From: Amphiscolops sp. MND2022
Taxonomy: Eukaryota
DNA length: 64,000 nt
Assembly: GCA_964187785.1 (NCBI GenBank)
Contig: OZ076409.1
Span: forward strand, 61,754,001 to 61,818,000
Reading direction: 5' to 3'
Positions 24,302 through 35,570 of this stretch are shown here, piece by piece; the first letter of the stretch is position 1, and each line of letters starts with the position of its first letter. The notes below the pieces were generated by a model. The model searched no databases and was not told the DNA's origin. It saw only the letters and a list, made by a program, of their open reading frames with translations. A program made the position numbers and the translations under genes.

Positions 24302-27300
24302 CTAGTATCTGAAGTCTTCTGAGTAGTTTGGGTTAGGATTAGGCCTGAGATTATATTTCCCTCCTCTGGGGCTCAAGCTCTCTTTTCTAGCATCATTTTG
24401 CGATATTTCGGGCACGATAATATCATCCCCCTTTTTCGGAGAATTTTGTGCATCGTTTTCATTCATCAAATTCTTTTCTGGAAAATTCGCATCGTCCTTT
24501 AGTCTTTCAACCGTATTCGGCGCAGGTTTTTCTTGATCCGTTGTGGAAACGGCCGGATTCGGCCAATCAGAGTTTTCATTCTCATTTGCTTCATTAGGTT
24601 CATTAGCATTGCTGACGTCATTTCTCATTCTTTCGGTTCTATTGCGTACAGCGTCGTTGACGTCATTCGGATAATCAGTCGTGATTACATAATCACTTTC
24701 ATTCTCGTTTGCATCATTCACGTTCGTTTCTGGCGTAGTCGGCCTCTCGCTATTCGTCAGGCTAGCCGGAATTGGCTCGTTGCCTCGTGTAGCTAGTTGC
24801 TCACCAAAGTTTGTTTCCCACGTTATTACATACAAGTCGTCTTGCGGAATGATTATTTCGTCGTCCGGCTGTAGGCGCTGTTCTCGGAAATTGTCCTCAA
24901 GTGGCTGATTCGGAATAAACTTTTTGAGACGAATTCGATGCAAAATCTGCGTTTTATTTGTATTAAGCCTGCGGATGATGTAGTTCTCATTAGGTAAAAT
25001 CTTCTGGACTATGAACGGTCCAACCCAACGATAATCCCTAAATGGAATTTTTGATCCTTGATGATCCGCTTTCGGTTGTAATACAAAACAGTAATCGCCC
25101 TCTTTGAGTGGGGCGGCTTTGGCTTTCCTGTCGTAATACTCCTTATATTTGATATATGACTGCATGATGTTCTGCTTTGTCTTGTCAATAAGGAGTTTGG
25201 TTCGGTTCTGGATTTCTTCTGCGAATTCAGTAGTCGGATGGATTTGCTCATTTGGGTTCATTCCAAGTTTGTGATCCAAGATGTTATATGGGATTCTCCC
25301 ATGGAACACTCTTGTCGGTTCGCATCCGATACTGGCATGATAACTAGTGTTATGATTGCGAACTGCTAAAGGCAAATACTTATGCCATTGTCGGCGATAT
25401 TCTCCACATGCCATTTTCAAATTCGTTTTCAATGAGGCATGTGTTCGCTCTAACTTCCCGATAGTTTGCGGGTGTTTGGTCGTTGCACATTTTAGGGTAA
25501 TGCCTAAAATCTGTGTAATTTCCGCAATGATCGTGGAGGTAAAGGCAGTTCCCTTGTCCGTAATGAGCGTCGTCGGTAGGTAAGAATGTTTGGTCATAAT
25601 ATCAATGATTGCTTTAGCTACATTGATCGCTGATGCGTCCGTAAGAGGATAAGCAAACAAGTATCGAGAGAAGACATCAATTGCAGTTAAAACATTTTCG
25701 TATCCTCCACTTGGGGGAAGATTCGGCAATAAGTCAATTTGCATGGCGTCTTCGGGTCCAAGGTCCCATTCCGGCAAGTTAAGTAGTTCAGGCGTGATTG
25801 TTGCATTTGGGACTCGTTTGTCCTTTGCACATTGTTCACACCCTTGTACCCACTTTTTGACATGTTTCGCCATGTTGGGATAATAGTATCTCTGTCTGAT
25901 CTCCTGCAGCATCTTTGAAATGCCTGGGTGCTTGTGGGCTGTCCCGTGTAGGGACTGAAGCAATTCTGGCAGCAAGTGTTGCGGGAGAAGAATTTGATGG
26001 TATTTTATATTCCCAGTTTCATCAAAATATTGCCTTGTTAGTATGTCTTCCTTGATGACAATTCTTTCCAGATTATTAGCGTAATGCCTGTATCGAGCAT
26101 CTTGTTGCAGTATGTTTTCTGAGTACTCTTCATGAAGGAGCTTCGCTTTCAGTTGTTGCAGTACTGTATCTTTGGATTGCTCAATAATTATCTGGTTCGT
26201 TTTCCTCAATCGGACCTGTATTTCAGGTTGTTGTTTGACTAAGTTAGTAGATAGAGTTTGTATTGTGATAGTAGGTTCTTCAGTTACAGGGTTTTTCCTG
26301 ATTGCTTCTTTCCTCGCCCAATATTGTTCTTCAGTCTCATCGTCGTCATTTGTGTAGAAGATTTGCTCTTCCTGTGAGATTCCTGCTGATTGGACGTTTA
26401 TTTCTATTGGCAACGTTTGTACATCTTCTCGGATTTTCATTACTAATTTGTCCTTTGGGTCTGCTTCCAATCGGGACAAGTAATCCGCTGCCGTATTCTG
26501 TGCTCCTGGGATGTGCGCAATGACAAAATTGAACTGAATTACATAGTCGCACGCATTCCACAGGGCTGGGGGTACGATTTTCGTTTGGAAAAATCTTGTT
26601 ACGGCTTTGTTGTTGGTTAGGATTATGACCGGTTTCGGTGCACCCCAGAAAATATGCCCAAATTCTTTAAATGCGAAGTAGATCGCGAGAAATTCTTTTG
26701 CATAAATTGACATCTTTATCTGGGCTGGGGTGAAGGTTTTTGAACCATAAGCAACCGGTGCATATGATTTGCGGATTGACGTGAATTTCTGACTCGGGTC
26801 ATCTTCAATTAGTACTGCATATCCTGCAGCACCAAAGCTTGCATCTGTCATTAGGGCAATTTGCTTGTTCGGGATGGGTTGTTGTAGGGCCAAGTCGCAG
26901 CATTTGTCTAGAGCTCGATTAATTTCCTCAAATTGTTGAACCAGTTCTTTGGACACTAGGACTTTTTCGTCACTCTTCAGCATCTTGTAGAACGGAGCAA
27001 GGCGTTCAGACAGTCTTGGGACATAATTCCGGTAGTAGTTCAAGAAACCCAAATATCTCTGTAGAGCCTTTTTCGACTTCGGAAATTTGGTTTTTTCTAG
27101 GAAATTCTGAACATTCTGCCGTTGGGGCTTGACGCCTTGTGCGGTTATTGTCCTGCCAAGGAAATCGATTTCTGTGGCACCAAAATGGCACTTGTGCATC
27201 GTCAATTTAAGGCCTGCTTCCTGGATGCATTTGAAAGTTGCTCTCAGGTTAGCAATGAGGTGATCGGCGTCGTTGGCTGCGATGCCAATATCGTCTACAT

Positions 27301-29510
27301 ACTGTGCACATTGGTCCGCTTTTATGACTTTGTCAAGGTACTCTCTCATAAAGCTAGAGAATGCGGACAGTGCTCTATTAAGGCCTTGTGCCAGTCGTCT
27401 ATATGCAAATGTGCGGCTTGCAAAGTTAAAGGCCAACATTTCGATTGAACGTTGGTCAGCCATCGGAAGGCAATGATACGCTTGTGAACAGTCTAACTTG
27501 CAAAAGAGTTTCTTGCCTGCCATGTGTTGGGCGGCATCGACTAGGGTACTGACTGGATGATTATTGTTAATATAATCATCAGAGATTAGGTTGTTGATTT
27601 TTCTCAAGTCAACCAGAAGTCTCAGTTTCCCATTCGGCTTCTTTTGTGCGAATATTGGGCTGGCGTATTTCGAGAACGGTAAGGTAGTTATTATGCCATA
27701 TTTGTGGAGCATGGCTAATTCAACTAATATGTCCTCCTTTAAGTTTATCGGTGCAGGGAGGCTCTGACTATAGGCTGGGGAATCATCTTTGGGTGTCAGC
27801 TTCACTTTGAATTCCTCATTCATGCCTATGTCGAATCTATGTCTCGCAAAAATATCATGGAACTCCACTAGTAATCGTTCGATTTTCTCTTTTTCATCAG
27901 GTGTCAATGTGGAGTCTTTCCAGTCAAAGTTTTCCAGGAATTTTGTTCTAGATTCCTCGTCCTTTGTGGGATCAAGTGATTCTAGTTCCTGTAGGGCTAG
28001 TAATTCACGGAGTATCCTTTTTTGGATTGGTGTATGTTCTTCCGGATTCCCTGGGTTCTCTGGGGTTGGGAACCAGTAGTTTTCAGTATTTTGTGGATTT
28101 TTGTTAGTCTTGATGAGACTACTGACGTAATGGGCTGCCTGCTCTTGGTCATTTTGTAGCAAATGCCAGGTTGAAGCTGGGTCTACCGGTTTAACGTATT
28201 TCATCTGTTCTGGCGTCATGACTGAGAAACTGGCAATATGGAGTCCCTTTTTGAGCTTGTAAGGGTGGTCTGTGAAATTATTCACCGGTATCTGTATATT
28301 GCCATCATTCAAACTGACCAAGGCTGGACAGAATGTGATGTCGCCTTCTTCATGGAGAAGGTCGCTCGGTTGTAAAATCCCTGTGACCGTGTTTTCAGGG
28401 TACAATAGGGAATTGGTCCTAATTAGGACTCTGTCGTTTGGCGGAATGGTTATTTCGGTAGGGTTCAGAATTGGTTCAAGTACATTCGAGTATTTGTGAT
28501 CAGCTGTTTTGAGCTGCATCGAAAAGAATGGGAAGTTCAGTATTCCTTGCCTCATGTCCAGAACTGTATGGTTTCTCTGTAGGAACATGAGTCCTATAAT
28601 CGGTCCTGTCAAGTGTTCCATTACTATGAAAATTTCATGGAACTCTATGTCACCAACTTCAAATTTGAGCTCTATCGTACTCTTTGGAGTTTCTAGTTGC
28701 CCATTTGCGACCATTATCTGGAAATTCGGAGGTGGACCCTCCCGGATGACTGATTGCGGCGATAGGAGCCTGATTTTCCGGAGGTCCATTTCAGGGATTG
28801 CACTGGATAAAGCACCAGTGTCAATAAGTCCATCTATGGTCAGTTCCCCAAAGTCCATAGGGAAATACAGCATGCGTTTTTTGCATTTCAAGTTTATGCT
28901 GGTGGACAGAGGAATACAGTCTGGTTCTCCTTCTCTAGTAATGAGGATGTTCTGAAATTGACTTTCATCAAGTAGTGACTGTGGTATTGTTTCTTCTGGT
29001 TTGTCTGAGGTTTCGGTCCCCAAGGGGTTTGGGAACACTGGGTGGCTTGTCCCATCATTCATCTGCCATGTTTCAATCAATGCTCTGGTTTTCTTGTTAT
29101 GGGTGATTGGTGGATTGTCGTGGACTGATCTGTTATAGAGTTCTATGTCATCGATAACGTATTGGAATTGCAACAAGTCCTGGTTGTAAAGTTCGGTATC
29201 CCAATAGGGATCTCGTCCATAGTCAGGATCTATGTAGGTAGGGTTGTAGTCGTCTACCAAGGGAATGGGCCTGAATCGGCTAGTGAAAGCAGATGTGTAA
29301 TCAGGGTCCCATACAGGAATTGGTTTTTGGAGCAAATGGGTATTATTATAGGTGATAATGGTAGCTTTTTCCATCTGTTGCTGCCAGACAACAGAGGGGT
29401 AACCCTTCAATTGTTGTTGGTATTCATGGAAAGTTTTCGTCGGAGGATCCGACCTGATGTGTTGACGGACGGATATTAGTTGGTTGTATTGGAGTCGTGG
29501 CGAAGTTAGT
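24302..29510 (-). CDS. pol: E1 pol polyprotein (PR, dUTPase-like, RT, RNase H, integrase), reached by -1 frameshift from gag
   Basis: LIDTGA protease, YVDD RT, TDAS..E RNase H, H-H-C-C and D-D-E integrase, GPF motif. The frame is open from the slippery site at ~29510. Confidence 0.95.
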
Positions 29511-31218
29511 TTTTTGACTCATCTTTGTTTGATGAGGATTGGGTATTGGAGGACGTTGGTTTGTTGTGTGGTTTGGGTGCCTTGGAGTCATTGTCGGTGT
29601 CTGAAGAATCTTCAGGTCTGGTTCGTTTGGGTTTCAAGTGAGCACCTGCTCCCTGCCAACATCGCTCCTCTGGATGATTTTTCTTGCCACAAGTCCCGCA
29701 TTTAGGGTACGTTTTCTTCTCCGTCGATTTGCCTTGTTGGGCATCTTTTTCTTTCTTCTTTTTGAGTTTTTCACAGTCTTTGACCATGTGGCCCTTTTCC
29801 TTGCAGTAGTTGCAAGTTATATTTGACATTTGATTAGTGGACAGAGGGGTTTTATTCTTGGAGGATGAGGAGGTCATTGTTGCCATGGGTAGGTCATCTG
29901 ACTCCTCAAGGGCGTTAAGCTCTAGTTCCCTCTCCAAATGAGCAACTATTTCGTCGTAAGAGCCATTTTCTAATCTGGCCATGTTGACTGATCGCTTGAG
30001 TTTCGGAGGCAGTTTTGCGTACAATAGGCTGTCAATCATTTTTTGTGCATGATCGCCGAATGCTTTTTCTGCCCCTTGATTCAATTCTTCAAGGAAATCC
30101 GGTAATTTCATCGTGTTGGGATCAAAGACCAAGCGGTGCCATTTGTGCTTAGCAGTCGCTTGTGACTCGGGTTTGACGTATTTTCGTCGGAAAATGACCA
30201 AAACGTCTTCAAGAGTCTGTCGGTTGGTCGAGTTGATATTTCTGAACGTCTGAAGAGCATTCTTCCTCAAAAGCGAGTGGAAATGGTTAATCTTCATTTG
30301 TTCAGTCATTTCTGGCTGCATCTTGATCATAGTATGAAACAGATCTTCGAACAGTTCAAATTTCTCACTTTTGCCGTCAAAGGTCATGGTATTTGAGTTG
30401 ACCGGGCGTATGGTGAGTTGTTGGGCTGTTGGTCGGTTCTGCATGCTTGTCAAGACATCTGCCAGTCTAGTAATTGGATCAGATTCGGCAACCGGAGCGG
30501 GTCTTTCTTGTGCTGGGATCGTCGTGTTAAGGTTGATGTCTTCATAGGACTGGTCAAGATGATTCCGCGATAGAATCCGTCCTGTGAGAAACTCAGGAAC
30601 TTGATTCGGAGATTCGTTGTCTCCTGTCACCATGTCGTAAGCATTTAAATTAATACCACCATCATTCTGATGGTCATGATTATGCTTGCTAGCTGAACTG
30701 TCTTTGGGGTTAATATTTTGCAGTCCTTCGGAATTTATTTCCGGTCTCTCGGACGGAATGTCCCATCTGTTTTGTGTCATGTGTCCTGACCCGGCACTAA
30801 GGGCGGATTGGATTTGTGGGAGTACTTGGTTGCTTATTGCATCACTAATTGCCCTTTGGATCTGAGAATTGACACTACACATCATATCATCTAACTCTCT
30901 TGATAATCTAGAGTTCAATTCACTTGACAACTTGTTAATCTCAGCACTAGAGTTGCCACCAATTGAGTTTCGACCATAATCGGCATTATTACCAGGATCA
31001 ATGTCCCTTGTGACTGAGTGCCTGTTTTCACCATTATTTCCTAGTTCATCTGCAGAGGTACTACCAGGCCTTCTACCGAAATTGCTACTAACACTTCCGT
31101 CTCTTTCATTTCTATTAAAGTGGTTTTCCCCCAGCATTATGTCAAGGTTCTCCAAGTCAGAAAGCATCTCAATTCCTCTAGACTTTCTAGCTTTCTTTTG
31201 TTTCCTTGTAGTAGGCAT
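29506..31218 (-). CDS. gag: E1 gag (570 aa from MPTTRK), first 195 codons inside the 5' LTR
   Basis: Capsid-like FDGKSEKFELFEDLF region. Two CCHC knuckles (CNYCKEKGHMVKDC, CGTCGKKNHPEERC). Confidence 0.92.
   Translation of the reverse strand: MPTTRKQKKARKSRGIEMLSDLENLDIMLGENHFNRNERDGSVSSNFGRRPGSTSADELGNNGENRHSVTRDIDPGNNADYGRNSIGGNSSAEINKLSSELNSRLSRELDDMMCSVNSQIQRAISDAISNQVLPQIQSALSAGSGHMTQNRWDIPSERPEINSEGLQNINPKDSSASKHNHDHQNDGGINLNAYDMVTGDNESPNQVPEFLTGRILSRNHLDQSYEDINLNTTIPAQERPAPVAESDPITRLADVLTSMQNRPTAQQLTIRPVNSNTMTFDGKSEKFELFEDLFHTMIKMQPEMTEQMKINHFHSLLRKNALQTFRNINSTNRQTLEDVLVIFRRKYVKPESQATAKHKWHRLVFDPNTMKLPDFLEELNQGAEKAFGDHAQKMIDSLLYAKLPPKLKRSVNMARLENGSYDEIVAHLERELELNALEESDDLPMATMTSSSSKNKTPLSTNQMSNITCNYCKEKGHMVKDCEKLKKKKEKDAQQGKSTEKKTYPKCGTCGKKNHPEERCWQGAGAHLKPKRTRPEDSSDTDNDSKAPKPHNKPTSSNTQSSSNKDESKN
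29509..29515 (-). promoter_or_regulatory. -1 ribosomal frameshift slippery heptamer A AAA AAC (E1)
   Basis: TCA AAA AAC TAA ends gag, and the -1 frame runs open into pol. Same arrangement in E2. Confidence 0.85.
30621..30632 (-). promoter_or_regulatory. E1 primer-binding site TGGTGACAGGAG
   Basis: Abuts the LTR end. The 12-mer is identical in E2 and one mismatch from the tRNA-Leu-type PBS TGGTGTCAGGAG. Confidence 0.85.
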
Positions 31219-32406
31219 CAAGATTTCAAGGTTGAATATTTTATTTGGTAATCTAGTTTTGCAATCTATAAATGCGAAACAAATCAACTGATCTGAACAA
31301 TCGGTATGGAATTAATAATCACCTCAAGGAAACATTGCTATATATACCCTTACAAGTGTGATCAAATTCCATTTGTAAACGACAAATTCCTTAATGGTCA
31401 TGAGGACCGACATACAGCTAGTTAGCACCTCAAAGACTTTCAGGAATTCGTCCTAGTAAGGTCAAATGTTATTCCAAACATCACGTGGTTATAGGTGTGA
31501 CAGGCGGCGTGCCCAACTTACATTGACCGTGAGTCAACATCAAACAAATAACTAACGTACTTAACATCAATACAAATAATAAAAATGTTAACAATGCACT
31601 GTTCATTGCATTCCTTATTACAAGGTGTTGAGACAGCACGTGCTACCACGTGGCTTGCCATGTGCCGTCTAATTCCCGTATCAAATTGAATAAATCATGA
31701 TCAACAAACGCAGCAGTGACATTGGTGCAAGTTATTTTCACGAGGCCGAAACTGGCCATGTCCGGGGTTTCAGTCTTGCACTGGGAAAAGGTGGGGGGGG
31801 CTTCATTCCAACTGCAATTATTATTATGCTCATTTCTCACATTTAAGCAGAGGGGGAGTATAATTATAGCATCAACAAGTGGACTAAAGTGAATTTGAAA
31901 TAATAGGTCCGGTTATTACTATCAAAGCAACGTCAATTAACTATTTGTACAAAATGGCCGGAACCGGCCGTTTGACCAAGTAATACAGCACAGCAAGCGT
32001 TATTTAGGAAATAGGCCTAATTAGGCCATGATAGCAACAAAGCTAATATAGCACAACAAATACAGCGCTCTGATTGGATAAGACAATGCGCTCAAGTGAC
32101 GCTTTTGGATCAGCGCTTAGCATCACTTGAACACGTTTCCTATACTGCCTTACAGTTGCTTTATATTACATTGCTCTGCTGTAATTGCATTCAACACATT
32201 TGCAACATAAAACATCCCAATTTGGACAATTCCAAATTGTATTTAACAGACTAATATTCAGTTTGGATAAATAAACTAAAATAGTTAAAGCGAGTCTTGG
32301 CAATTGCAGTTTTGAGTTTAATAAATGGGTAATGTACCTGGGGTAATTTCTTGTCCGTATCCCGAGGTCGTATAGTTGTTGCCATCACAGGCGGCAGCCT
32401 GCGACA
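30633..32406 (-). repeat. E1 5' LTR (1774 bp)
   Basis: Direct repeat of 16295-18069, followed on the sense strand by the PBS. Confidence 0.97.
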
Positions 32407-32999
32407 GTTACTTTTTGCCGTAACCACAGTCACAGGGTTCCTCGACGTTTTGAAAACAATCATGGGTGCCAATTGAAATTGCCGCACGAATGTTTCGAAT
32501 TTAGTGGTTGAAGACTAATCAGACCAGCGTCACAGTCGGTGTAAACGACACGAGAGCCCTGTCTAGGGAAACAGCAGTTGTTAGCAGAGGCCCGGAACCT
32601 AGCAGGGTTTGTCTTCGTGAGGAAGTATTGTAAACGTTCACAGGAAAGCCATTAATTTTGTCGTCACCTAAAGGTGTTCTAACAACTGATTTGGAGGAAA
32701 TCGATTGCTGTTATCGATCCTATTTATTGTTTGTGGCATTTTGTTAAATACGCTTCGAAGTAAATTTTTCCATCAAGTAGAGACGGTGTTTACTAAAGTT
32801 CACCTAGCTGACTTATATTCAAAAAGATTATTATATTCCGTCCATATTTCAGATAATTAAATCAAACGTTTTTTTTTACAAAATTTGCCAAGCACGAAAG
32901 TTATATGCAAGCTAAAGGGTATCACAGATAGAATTCAACTGACGTAAAATAAGTATCATACGGTTAGCATCAAATTAGAAATTTTTGGACTTTTTAGGC

Positions 33000-35570
33000 T
33001 GACCCCGAAGACCCCAGAATGACCCAAAGATGACAGTAAAAACTGCAAAATTTTCCGATTTTAAACATTTTTATGGAATTTTTGTCAAATTTTCGATAGA
33101 TTTCGTGGCTTAGAAAGTTGAAAACGTTCAAAAGCTAAAAAGTTTGTTATGCAAGAGGCTTTTTCGGAGATATAAATGCATTTTTTCAATGAAACAATGT
33201 CTCAAATTGAGACCGAATTTGAATAAAAGTCCAAGAATTTCAGATTTTTAACGTTTTCATGCAATTTTTGTCAAATTTTTGACACACTTGCTAGTTGCTA
33301 GCTTAGAAAGGTAAAACGTTCAACAAGGAAAGAACTCGTTGTCTGAGAGGCTTCTTCGAAGAGATAAAAGCAGTTTGTTTCGAAAAATGCCTCAAATTGC
33401 GATCAAAATTGACAAAAAACCGAAAATTTTTATAAAGTTTTTTAAAGTTTTCATGCAATTGTTGTCACTTTTTAGAAAGTCTTGGTGACTTAGAACATTA
33501 AAGACGTTCAACAAGGAAAAATTTCGTCTCCGGGAGGCTTTTTTTAAGAAATAAACGCAGTCTTCTAATAAAAAGCTGAAATTGTGCCCAAAAATGACAG
33601 AAATTCCAAACTGTACCGATTTTCTACGTTCCTGTGCAACTTTTGCCAAATTTTCACTAGATTTCATAAATCAAAACGTTGAAGACGTTCAACAACGAAG
33701 CTATTTGTTATCCAATAGGGTTCTTTGGATAGATAAATGCAGTTTTGTAAAAAGACTGCCACAATGTTCCCAAAATAGTCAAAAAATTTTTCTAAATATA
33801 TCTTTTGATTTTCCAAAGCAAATTTTGTAGAGTTTTCAAAGCTCTCATGGACCAGAACTCTGAAACTGTTCAAAAACAACTGATTGAATTGTTAGTAGGT
33901 TTTTTGATAGGATAGGTGTCGGTTTTTGATTAAAATATGCTTTAATTTGACAAAAAAGTTGTCGAAAAGTCAAAAAAAAATTTCCTGTTGATTGAGTAGA
34001 CGTTTTGAGGAATTTTGTGAGTTAGAAGGTTCAAACGAATCAACGGGCGAAAGAATCAAGTATATACTTTCTTTTTTTGATGCGAAAAAACGAAGTGTTC
34101 TACATCAGAAACCTTCCAAAACGACAAGTGAGTCGGAAAGTAAAAGAATTGAAACTTCAAACGTTTTTGTGCGAAGTCTGTGAAACGAAACGTTTCGAGG
34201 GTTACAACAATAGAATGGTTCAACAACAAATGTAGTTGATGTCCAGTCGGAATTTGTGAGAGGTATTAGCTGATTTGTGTTTGGAAAATGCCTCAATATG
34301 AACGAAAAAAAAGTTTAAAAAAACAAAAACTCCTTTTCTGACAATTTTGTGATTGCTTGAGAAACTTTTTGTTAGCTCCTAAAGTTCCAAACGAAAATTT
34401 AGGCTATGCATTACAGCTTTCGATGGAAAACTTTGTGCTTTTCTAGGTAGAACATTATCTCAGAATGACCCAAATGAGTCGAAAATCCAGAACTTTTCCG
34501 AAAACGGAACTTTGTTGCAAATTTCGCAAACTTCCTAAATTAGAAGAATGAAAACATTCAAAAGCAGACGAACGCAAGCAAAGTTAGACTTTTTGAAAAT
34601 CAATTCAGTTTCATGTTCAAAAAGAGCCTCAAAAAGACCCCCGGGTAACCAAAAATTTAAAAGGTTTCTAAATTTAGACTTTTCTAGCCTTTTTTAACAA
34701 TTTTGAAAGATTTCGTTAATTAGAACTTTCAAACATTGCATCTGATAATATTGTCCAGTAAACTTTTTGAATACATCAATGAAATGTTATCATCGGAAAG
34801 ATGCCTCAATTTCACCCAAAATATCAAAACCCAATTCCTTTCAGTTTGACTTTTTTCCTGCAGTTTCTGTCCAACTTTTGAAAATTTCAGTGACTAAGAA
34901 AGTTCAAAACACAGGAAAACGAACAAGTCGTCTATGCAGTATGCTAATTTGAAGAGAGTTGCAGTATTCAACTTCAGGATTTGCTTCAAAATCACATCAA
35001 AATTGTCCCTGATGAGTCGGAAAAGAAAAAATCCAACTTGAACGTTTCTCATGCAAAGTTCTGAATTTTCGAGACGTTTCCAATGTTGGAAGGAACAAAA
35101 AGTTCAACAGCGAACAAATTTGTTATTCAGTAAGTTTTTGAAAGGTCAATTGCAATTTCGCGTCAAAAAAGAGCCTCAAAATGACCCCGAAAGAGTTGGA
35201 ATAAAAACAAATTTTGGCAGTTGTTTGACAAATTAGTGAAATTTTTTAATAGAAGTAACCAAAGTTTCGTAATATTCTAGCAGTTTAAATTTTTTAAAAA
35301 TGCATGCAAAATGTTCAAAAAAAGAAGTTTACACTTCTGTATGTAAAACAATCGTCAGAACGACTTGAAATAAATGAAAGTGTTGGAATAAAAACAAATT
35401 TTGGCAGTTGTTTGACAAATTAGTGAAATTTTTTAATAGAAGTAACCAAAGTTTCGTAATATTCTAGCAGTTTAAATTTTCTAAGAATGCATGCAAAATG
35501 TTCAAAAAAAAGAAGTTTACACTTTTGTATGTAAAACAATTGTCAGAACGACTTGAAATAAATGAAAACT
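33000..35570. repeat. Old AT-rich tandem array, period ~165-195 bp, ending in a recent 188-bp duplication (35194-35381 / 35382-35567)
   Basis: (AAC)GTTCAA-like anchors recur near 33123, 33316, 33503, 33685, 33866, 34028, 34217, 34900 and 35101, with recurring TTTTGTCAAATTTT and AATGACCC blocks. Confidence 0.65.

Larger units (their letters stand above)
16295..32406 (-). mobile_element. Full-length Ty3/Gypsy LTR retrotransposon E1 (16.1 kb) with accessory genes
   Basis: LTRs 30633-32406 (5') and 16295-18069 (3') with TGTCG...CGACA termini. 5-bp TSD GTTAC at 16290-16294 and 32407-32411. gag plus pol in PR-RT-RH-IN order. I noticed only one substitution and one poly-G indel between the LTRs. 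Confidence 0.97.

Noticed and set aside
24533..29826. Numerous short antisense ORFs within gag-pol of E1 and E2
   Set aside because: They are shadows of the conserved pol frame with no independent evidence.
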